A stretch of 64,000 bases of DNA, from positions 76,835-140,834 of the forward strand of contig VXQT01000011.1 of NCBI GenBank assembly GCA_009838915.1. Reading direction: 5' to 3'. Under the pieces are notes generated by a model. The model had not been told where the DNA came from. It saw nothing but the letters and a program-made list of their open reading frames with translations, and ran no database searches. The translations under genes and the position numbers were made by a program. Position 1 is the stretch's first letter; the number at the start of each line of letters is the position of its first letter. Origin of the DNA: Chloroflexota bacterium (GTDB lineage: Bacteria; Chloroflexota; Dehalococcoidia; Bin125). This document shows, piece after piece, positions 57,455 to 64,000 of this stretch.

Positions 57455-58300
57455 TCAGGGCAGCCCCGCGCCGCCGACCTCGACGTCGAAGGCGCGGATC
57501 CGACCGCGGCGCGGATCGCCGGGCTGCGGATTGGAGGTGGGCGCTTCAAGTGAGAACAGTGTCCTGCGTTGGTCGCCGCCCAGCATGCAGGCGTAGACGC
57601 CCATGTCCGGCACATCGATCCGCTCCAGCACCTCGCCGCCTTCAGCGACTCGCGCGAGCGCGCCGGGATTGGTCGGCACGGCGACCCAGATTGCGCCGTC
57701 CGAGTCGAGGCAGATGCCGTCCGGCGGGAATCCGAGCTCGGCCCAGACTCGCTGATTGGAGAGCGTGGCGTCGCTCTCGATGTCGAAGGCGGTCAAGCGC
57801 TGACCCCAGCTCTCGCCGACGATCAGCGTCCCACCGTCAGGAGTGATCACGGTGCCGTTCGGGAACTGCAGACCGTCGGCCACGACTTCAGACTCGCCCT
57901 GCGGCCGGACCAGGACCATGGTCGTGGCGCGCGGCGGCGAGCCGTCCGTGAGGTCGAAGCCGAAGTTGCCGATGTAGGAGTTGCCCTCGGAGTCGGTGAC
58001 CATGTCGTTGCAGTGATAGGGCGCCAGGTCCGAGATGTCGGCCACCTCCCAGAGTCCGTCGGGATCGAGGCGCAGCAGCTTACGGTCGGTCATCGAGACG
58101 ATCAGCAGCCGCCCGTCGGGCAGGAATCCAAGTCCGGAAGGCTGGTTAGGTACCTCGACAATCGTCTCGCGCTCGCCCTCTGGAGTCATGGCCACGACTT
58201 CGTGCGCGTGCATATCGGAAAACCACAGCCGACCCTCATACCAGCGCGGTCCCTCGGGGAAGACCAACCCATCCAAAACCAACCGACCCTCGCGCGCCAT
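57455..58300 (-). CDS. SMP-30/gluconolactonase/LRE family protein
   Basis: FPEGPRW, LWFSD, CNDM, FPNG, PDGICLD; RBS aggagg. Confidence 0.9.
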   Translation of the reverse strand: MAREGRLVLDGLVFPEGPRWYEGRLWFSDMHAHEVVAMTPEGERETIVEVPNQPSGLGFLPDGRLLIVSMTDRKLLRLDPDGLWEVADISDLAPYHCNDMVTDSEGNSYIGNFGFDLTDGSPPRATTMVLVRPQGESEVVADGLQFPNGTVITPDGGTLIVGESWGQRLTAFDIESDATLSNQRVWAELGFPPDGICLDSDGAIWVAVPTNPGALARVAEGGEVLERIDVPDMGVYACMLGGDQRRTLFSLEAPTSNPQPGDPRRGRIRAFDVEVGGAGLP

Positions 58301-58342
58301 CGTTCTCCTCCTGTCCAAACCTGGCACAAACCAAGATAGGAG

Positions 58343-59149
58343 CTACCCGGTCGGGTAGACATCCAGCAGCTCGAAGCGAGGGCCGTCCTTGCAGCAGAGC
58401 TTGACGCCTCGTTTGGTGAAGACGGCGCAGCCGTAGCAGATGCCGGTCCCGCAGGCCATTTCGGTCTCCATCAGGATCTGCACGGGACGATTCATCCCGT
58501 CACGGCGGACGATCGGCGACATCGCCCGGAACATGGGCACCGGGCCGCAGGCAAAGCTCTGATCGGCCCAGGAGAGGTGTTCGGCGAACAAGTCGGTGAC
58601 GAAGCCCTGCGTGCCCATCGAGCCGTCCTCGGTCGCGACCTGGTACTCGACCTGGGGAGGCAGCAGCTCGGCCGGATAGACGCCGTCGGCGTTGCGCGCG
58701 CCGAAGCACAGGACGATGGAGCGGGAACGGGACGGATGCTCAGACTCGGCGTCGGCTAGCGCTACCAGGGGCGCGATTCCCACGCCGCCGCCGACCAGGA
58801 GCAGGTTCGAGGCTGATCGCCGGACCTCGAAACCCCGACCGAGCGGGCCCGTCATCCAGACCGGGTCGCCCGGCTGCATCGACGCCATCTGCTCGGTCAC
58901 CCTGCCGATCACGCTGTAGAGCAGCGCGAACTGGCGCTCCGAGTCGCGCGGAGTTGCGTAGCGGAAGCGGTAGAAGGAGAACGCGCGGGGCAACAGCGGA
59001 TCGAACCCGCCGCGCTCGGCGCCCGCGTCGACCATCACAAACTGTCCCGGTTGGGCATGCTGCGAAAGCGCAGACGCCTCGTACCAGGTCACAAACGTGC
59101 CCGGATAGATCTCTTCAGTCTCAATCACCCGGGCGGCGGCGCGGCGCAC
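58343..59149 (-). CDS. pyrK: Dihydroorotate dehydrogenase electron transfer subunit
   Basis: PGQFVM, LPRAFS, GPLGRGF, GGGVGIAPL, ACGP, MACGTGICYGC...CC.DGP 2Fe-2S motif; follows carB; start uncertain. Confidence 0.87.
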   Translation of the reverse strand: MRRAAARVIETEEIYPGTFVTWYEASALSQHAQPGQFVMVDAGAERGGFDPLLPRAFSFYRFRYATPRDSERQFALLYSVIGRVTEQMASMQPGDPVWMTGPLGRGFEVRRSASNLLLVGGGVGIAPLVALADAESEHPSRSRSIVLCFGARNADGVYPAELLPPQVEYQVATEDGSMGTQGFVTDLFAEHLSWADQSFACGPVPMFRAMSPIVRRDGMNRPVQILMETEMACGTGICYGCAVFTKRGVKLCCKDGPRFELLDVYPTG

Positions 59150-59169
59150 GACGACTGCTTCCGAATTCG

Positions 59170-62100
59170 CTAGACGACCGCAACGCGACCGGCCGTGTAC
59201 TCGCTCACGGTGGCAATGTTGTAGTCGGCGCTGCCCTCGACCATTGCGGCGACCGCGTGGTGGGCGGTGTCGATCGAGGTGAAACAGGGGATCCGCTGCT
59301 CGGCGGCGGCGCGGCGAATGTAGAAGCCGTCGCGAATCGTGCTGCTGATCTGTTCGGGCGTGTTGATCACCATGTCGATCCCACCGGAGCGGATCAAGTC
59401 GATCACGTCGGGATCGCCGCCGACCTCGCGCTTGGGCACCAGGTTCACGTCGATCCCCAGGCCGCGAATCAGGTCGGCCGTGCCGGCCGTGGCGTGCAGT
59501 TCGTAACCCGCTTCGCCGAGGTCGCGGATCAGCGACATGGCGGCTGGCTTGTCCTGGTCGGCGATGCTGAGCAACGCGCGGCCACGTTGCGGCACCGCCA
59601 TGCCGGCGGCGATCAGCGCCTTGCTCAGCGCCTTGTCGTAATCGACATCGACGCCCATCACCTCGCCGGTGGACTTCATCTCGGGACCGAGGTGGGTATC
59701 GACGCCGGAGAGCTTGGACATCGAGAAGACCGGCGCCTTGACCGCCACCAAGGGCGTCGCCGGCCACAGACCACTCGGGTACCCCTGCTCCGCCAGCGTC
59801 TCTCCGAGCATCGCGTGGATGGCGACCTCGACCATGGGCACACCGGTCACTTTGCTCAAAAACGGCACCGTACGACTGGCGCGCGGGTTGACCTCAAGCA
59901 CGTAGACGTCGCCGTCTGCATTGGAGTCCTCGCGCATGATCACGTACTGGATGTTCATCAACCCGGTGACGCCCAGTCCGTTGCCGATCTGGGCGGTGTA
60001 CTCGACCAGCTTGGCGACCTCTGCTGCGCGCAGATTGGGCGCCGGATAGACGGCCATCGAGTCGCCGGAGTGGACGCCGGCCCGCTCGATGTGCTCCATG
60101 ATCCCCGGTATCAGCACGGCGTCGTCGCCGGGACCGCCGCAGATCGCGTCAACCTCGACCTCGATTCCGGCCAGGTACTTGTCGATCAGGATCGGCTTGC
60201 CGGGCGCGGCCGCCTGCGCCTGGGTGACGTAGCGCGCGAGGTCGCCGACGCCCTGCACGATCTCCATCGCCCGACCACCGAGCACATACGAAGGACGCAC
60301 GAGCACCGGATAGCCAATCGCATCGGCAGCGAGCACTGCTTCGTCGACGCTGTTGACTGCGGTGCCCGGCGGCTGGGGGATGCCGAGGTCGGCGAGGAAG
60401 CGCTCGAAGCGCCTGCGATCCTCGGCCAGGTCAATCACGTCGGCCTGTGAACCGAGGATCGGCCGCGCCGCCTTGGTCAGCGAGTTGGCCAGGTTGATCG
60501 CGGTCTGCCCGCCGAACTGCAGAATCGACGCGACCTCCACGCCGCTCCCGCCCGAGGCGGCTCCGCTGCCGTTCAGAGTGCCGTCCTCGTTCTCGAGAAT
60601 GTCGCGAACCGCCTCTTCGTCAAGAGGCTCGAAGTACAGCCGATTCGACGTGTCAAAGTCGGTCGAGACGGTCTCGGGATTGCTATTGGCCATGACCGCG
60701 CCCCAACCGGCCGAACGCAGCGCCTGTGCCGCCTTGACCGAGGCGTAGTCGAACTCGATCCCCTGGCCGATTCGGATCGGACCGGAGCCTACGACCAGTG
60801 CGCGATTACCGCCTTCCGGCTCGGCCTCGTTCTCCTCCTCGTAGGTCGAGTAGAAGTACGGAGTGACGGCGTCGAACTCGGCCGCGCAGGTGTCGACCAT
60901 CTTGTAGACGGGCTTGATGCCCCAGCTCAGCCGCTGTTCGCGGATGCGCTCATCCACGCTTCCGGCGAGATTCGCGATCTGCTCGTCGGCGAAGCCCATG
61001 CGCTTGGCCCGCAACATGAGAGATGGCGTCAGTGGCTCCGAGAGCAAGCGGCGCTCCATCTGCACGATTGCGTCGAGCCGCTCAAGAAACCAGGGGTCGA
61101 CGCCAGAGCGCTGGGCGATGTCGTCCAGAAGGACATCGGCGCGAATTGCAGACAGTAGATGCCAGAGACGGATGTCGGTCGGGGTCGATGCGGCCAGGAT
61201 CGGCTCGACTTCTGCCTCGGCATCCTCCCAGAGGACCGACTTGCCGCCAACCTCCAGCGAGCGTATGGCCTTTTGCAGCGCCGCCTCGAATGTGCGGTCG
61301 ATGGCCATGACCTCACCAGTGGCCTTCATTTGTGTGCCCAGCACGCGGTCGCCCGCTTCGAACTTGTCGAAGGGCCAGCGCGGGATCTTGACCACGCAGT
61401 AGTCCAGCGCGGGTTCAAACGCGGCCTGGGTTCGTCCCGTGACCTGGTTGGCAATCTCGTCGAGCCGCTTGCCGGCGGCGATCTTGGCGGCGACCCGCGC
61501 GATTGGATAACCGGTCGCCTTGGAGGCCAGAGCCGAGGAGCGGCTAACGCGCGGGTTGACCTCAATCACGTAGTAAGGCAGCGGTTCGTCGTGGGGAACT
61601 CCGACGCCGCCGCCTTCGCGGATCGACTCAGCTGGCCAGGCGGTCACGTCCTGCCGCGGCGCCAGCGCGAGCTGGACGTTGCATCCGCCTTCGATGCCCA
61701 GTGAACGAATGATGTTGATCGAGGCCGAACGCAACATGTGGTAGTCCTTGTCGGACAACGTCTGCGATGGCGCGACCACGATCGAATCGCCCGTGTGGAC
61801 GCCCATCGGGTCGAGATTCTCCATGTTGCAGATCGTGATGCACGTGTCCGCGGCGTCGCGCATGACCTCGTACTCGACCTCTTTCCAGCCCAGCAGCGAG
61901 CGCTCAACCAGGATCTGCGAGATTGGAGAGGCGTCAAGGCCTGTTTGCACGACGCGCTCGAACTCCTCCATCGTTCGCACGAATCCGCCGCCGGTACCAC
62001 CCAGGGTGTATGCCGGACGGATGGCGACCGGCAGCCCGATCTCGGCGACCGCTTCGCGCGCTTCCTCCATGGAATTAACGATGACCGATGGCGGAGTCGG

Positions 62101-62514
62101 CTCGCCGATCTCACGCATCAGATCGCGGAACAACTGGCGGTCTTCCGCCTTACGGATGCCATCGAGTTGGGTACCCAGCACCCGGACATTGAACTCGTCC
62201 AGAATGCCTGCGTCCTGCAGCTCGACCGCGAGGTTCAGCCCGACCTGCCCGCCGAGTGTTGGCAGCAGACTCTCAGGCCGTTCCTTCTCGATGATCCGCC
62301 GCAAGACCGGGACGGTCAGCGGCTCGATGTAGACCGCGTCGGCGACCCCTTCGTCGGTCATGATCGTGGCGGGGTTTGAGTTGACCAGGATCGAACGGAT
62401 GCCTTCTTCGGTCATCGCCTTGCACGCCTGGGTGCCGGCGTAGTCGAACTCGGCCGCCTGGCCGATGACGATAGGGCCGCTGCCAATGATCAGGACCGAT
62501 TCAGGCTTCTTCAC
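59170..62514 (-). CDS. carB: Carbamoyl-phosphate synthase large subunit
   Basis: [64 protein letters not shown]. Confidence 0.97.
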   Translation of the reverse strand: MKKPESVLIIGSGPIVIGQAAEFDYAGTQACKAMTEEGIRSILVNSNPATIMTDEGVADAVYIEPLTVPVLRRIIEKERPESLLPTLGGQVGLNLAVELQDAGILDEFNVRVLGTQLDGIRKAEDRQLFRDLMREIGEPTPPSVIVNSMEEAREAVAEIGLPVAIRPAYTLGGTGGGFVRTMEEFERVVQTGLDASPISQILVERSLLGWKEVEYEVMRDAADTCITICNMENLDPMGVHTGDSIVVAPSQTLSDKDYHMLRSASINIIRSLGIEGGCNVQLALAPRQDVTAWPAESIREGGGVGVPHDEPLPYYVIEVNPRVSRSSALASKATGYPIARVAAKIAAGKRLDEIANQVTGRTQAAFEPALDYCVVKIPRWPFDKFEAGDRVLGTQMKATGEVMAIDRTFEAALQKAIRSLEVGGKSVLWEDAEAEVEPILAASTPTDIRLWHLLSAIRADVLLDDIAQRSGVDPWFLERLDAIVQMERRLLSEPLTPSLMLRAKRMGFADEQIANLAGSVDERIREQRLSWGIKPVYKMVDTCAAEFDAVTPYFYSTYEEENEAEPEGGNRALVVGSGPIRIGQGIEFDYASVKAAQALRSAGWGAVMANSNPETVSTDFDTSNRLYFEPLDEEAVRDILENEDGTLNGSGAASGGSGVEVASILQFGGQTAINLANSLTKAARPILGSQADVIDLAEDRRRFERFLADLGIPQPPGTAVNSVDEAVLAADAIGYPVLVRPSYVLGGRAMEIVQGVGDLARYVTQAQAAAPGKPILIDKYLAGIEVEVDAICGGPGDDAVLIPGIMEHIERAGVHSGDSMAVYPAPNLRAAEVAKLVEYTAQIGNGLGVTGLMNIQYVIMREDSNADGDVYVLEVNPRASRTVPFLSKVTGVPMVEVAIHAMLGETLAEQGYPSGLWPATPLVAVKAPVFSMSKLSGVDTHLGPEMKSTGEVMGVDVDYDKALSKALIAAGMAVPQRGRALLSIADQDKPAAMSLIRDLGEAGYELHATAGTADLIRGLGIDVNLVPKREVGGDPDVIDLIRSGGIDMVINTPEQISSTIRDGFYIRRAAAEQRIPCFTSIDTAHHAVAAMVEGSADYNIATVSEYTAGRVAVV

Positions 62515-62521
62515 GATGCAC

Positions 62522-62764
62522 TCATCCCCCCGGTTCGTCGCACTCGGCGTATTCGTCGTGTTCTTGTTGCGGCAGACGTCCGGCGGCCTGACCGATCAGT
62601 CCGAGTCCGAAGCCGAGTGGTAGCGCCAGCAATGGCCCCAGCAGCCAGAGCTCGCACTGGCCGCCCGTCACGTCGGCGATGCAGAGCAGCGCGATGACGA
62701 GCGTCCCCAGCCCGGCTGCGATGCAGAGCGCAGCGCTCGCTATCAGCCATCGCCGGACGGACAA
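62522..62764 (-). CDS. Small two-TM hypothetical membrane protein
   Basis: TTG start 7 nt after ggag; two hydrophobic helices and an acidic tail. Confidence 0.6.
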   Translation of the reverse strand: MSVRRWLIASAALCIAAGLGTLVIALLCIADVTGGQCELWLLGPLLALPLGFGLGLIGQAAGRLPQQEHDEYAECDEPGG

Positions 62765-62785
62765 GGCTGACTCCGATCAGCGCGT

Positions 62786-63247
62786 TCACAGCGGCAGCTC
62801 AAATCGTGAGTTGGGATTGATCAGCGGCGCGAGCGCGCCAATGGCGCTGAGGAATGACAGCGCCGCCTCGTTGTTGTCGGGCAGCGAACCCACCACGCGG
62901 CGGAAGTTCTGTTCGCGGGCGTGCGACAGCAGATACTCGGCCAGCACGGTGCCTATCCCGCGTCGTCGCCACTCGGATCGCAGCCAGACGCCGAGCGTGC
63001 ACGTCTCAGGCTGACGCGTGTTGTAGTCGAGCGCGCCGAAGCCGATCACCTGACCCTGGTCGACGGCGACGTAGATGGCGCCGCTGTTGCCCAGCCGCCT
63101 GCGCCACATCGAGACTTCTTCGACGCTCCAGGGTCGGTCGAAGACGACAGGATTCGGACCCTCAACCACGTCGCGGATAACGTCGGCAATGGCCGGCACG
63201 TCTTCCGCTCGCGCCAGACGGTACTCGGGTTCGCTTGCCTGGGTCAT
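62786..63247 (-). CDS. GNAT family acetyltransferase
   Basis: LGVWLRSEWRRRGIGT acetyl-CoA motif, NNEAALSFL; RBS aggag. Confidence 0.85.
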   Translation of the reverse strand: MTQASEPEYRLARAEDVPAIADVIRDVVEGPNPVVFDRPWSVEEVSMWRRRLGNSGAIYVAVDQGQVIGFGALDYNTRQPETCTLGVWLRSEWRRRGIGTVLAEYLLSHAREQNFRRVVGSLPDNNEAALSFLSAIGALAPLINPNSRFELPL

Positions 63248-63261
63248 CTCAGTCTCCTGCT

Positions 63262-64000
63262 TCAGTCACCGCGCGCCTCGCCGATTGCGGCGAGAAATCG
63301 ATCGAACAGATGCCCGTTGTCCAGAGGTCCGGGCGAGGCCTCGGCGTGGTACTGGATCGAGAACACCGGCTCTGTGCGATGCGCGAGGCCCTCGACCGTC
63401 TGGTCGTGCAGATTGATGTGCGTCACCTCGACGTCGGCCATCAACCCATCGGGGTCGACGGCGTAGCCGTGATTCTGCGCGGTGATCGCTACCCGGCCGG
63501 TGGGCACTTCGAGCACGGGGTGGTTGCCGCCCCGATGGCCGAATTTGAGCTTGAACGTATCCGCGCCGAAGGCGCGTCCCAACACCTGGTGTCCCAGGCA
63601 GATGCCCATGATTGGCACCTTGCCCACCAGTGTCTTGGCCGTGTTCACTTGCAACTCCCGGAGTTGCGGGTCGCCCGGTCCGGGCGCCAACAGCACTCCG
63701 CTCGGGTTGAGATCCAGGATGTCTTCCGCCGAGGAGTCGGGCGGCAGCGCCGTGACCTGGCAGCCGCGCCGCTTGAGATTGCGCAGGATGTTGTACTTCA
63801 AACCCTGGTCCAGCACGACGACATGCGGACCCGGCCCGTCGAGTTCCTCGGCAAGCGGCGTCGGCACGCCGTTGCGCCAGCGATACGGCTGTTCGGTGCC
63901 GACGCTGATGAAGTCCTGGGTGTCGTAGTCCGGCAACTCGGCGAGCTGGCGTTTCGCGGCCTCGATCTCCGAGGCCGGCACGATCAGCCCCAGCATCACG
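63262..64000 (-). CDS. carA: Carbamoyl-phosphate synthase small subunit (5' end outside window)
   Basis: GPGDP, GICLGHQ, KFGHRGGNHPV, TAQNHGYAVD, QYHAEASPGP. Confidence 0.96.
   Translation of the reverse strand, partial: VMLGLIVPASEIEAAKRQLAELPDYDTQDFISVGTEQPYRWRNGVPTPLAEELDGPGPHVVVLDQGLKYNILRNLKRRGCQVTALPPDSSAEDILDLNPSGVLLAPGPGDPQLRELQVNTAKTLVGKVPIMGICLGHQVLGRAFGADTFKLKFGHRGGNHPVLEVPTGRVAITAQNHGYAVDPDGLMADVEVTHINLHDQTVEGLAHRTEPVFSIQYHAEASPGPLDNGHLFDRFLAAIGEARGD

Noticed and set aside
62511-62789. Alternative 92-aa ORF overlapping both the GNAT stop and the carB start
   Set aside because: Arg-rich, shadow-like composition; the 62522-62764 frame has an RBS and a coherent two-helix product, though the double overlap is not fully excluded.

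Overview
GC-rich bacterial chromosomal segment with about 57 CDS and one tRNA-Gly(TCC). Gene content (many SDRs, luciferase-like monooxygenases, family III CoA transferases, amidohydrolase, P450) and frequent leaderless TAnnnT promoters suggest a Chloroflexota of the Dehalococcoidia/SAR202/Tepidiformales type; this is inference only. Housekeeping genes: dxr (partial), rseP, nhaA, metH, an isocitrate/isopropylmalate dehydrogenase, aceBA, an RpoD-like sigma factor, 5-formyl-THF cyclo-ligase, pyrK, carB, carA (partial). No CRISPR array, integrase or transposase was seen. The most unusual signals are: (1) a tandem pair of ferritin-like di-iron proteins, one with a complete ligand set and one with most ligands lost, near a CoA-thioester catabolic operon that contains a stand-alone GIY-YIG-like protein; (2) a circularly permuted CcdA; (3) a dispersed double-hairpin repeat family with one copy in frame inside a CopC-CopD-cytochrome c gene and one copy interrupted by a second repeat family; (4) a lower-GC two-gene cassette resembling an ADP-ribosyltransferase-fold toxin plus a HEAT-like partner; (5) an RseP with LysM domains and an extra PDZ-like insert; (6) an ECF-type promoter upstream of a divergent RpoD-like sigma. 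All assignments come from reading motifs by eye; no searches were run.
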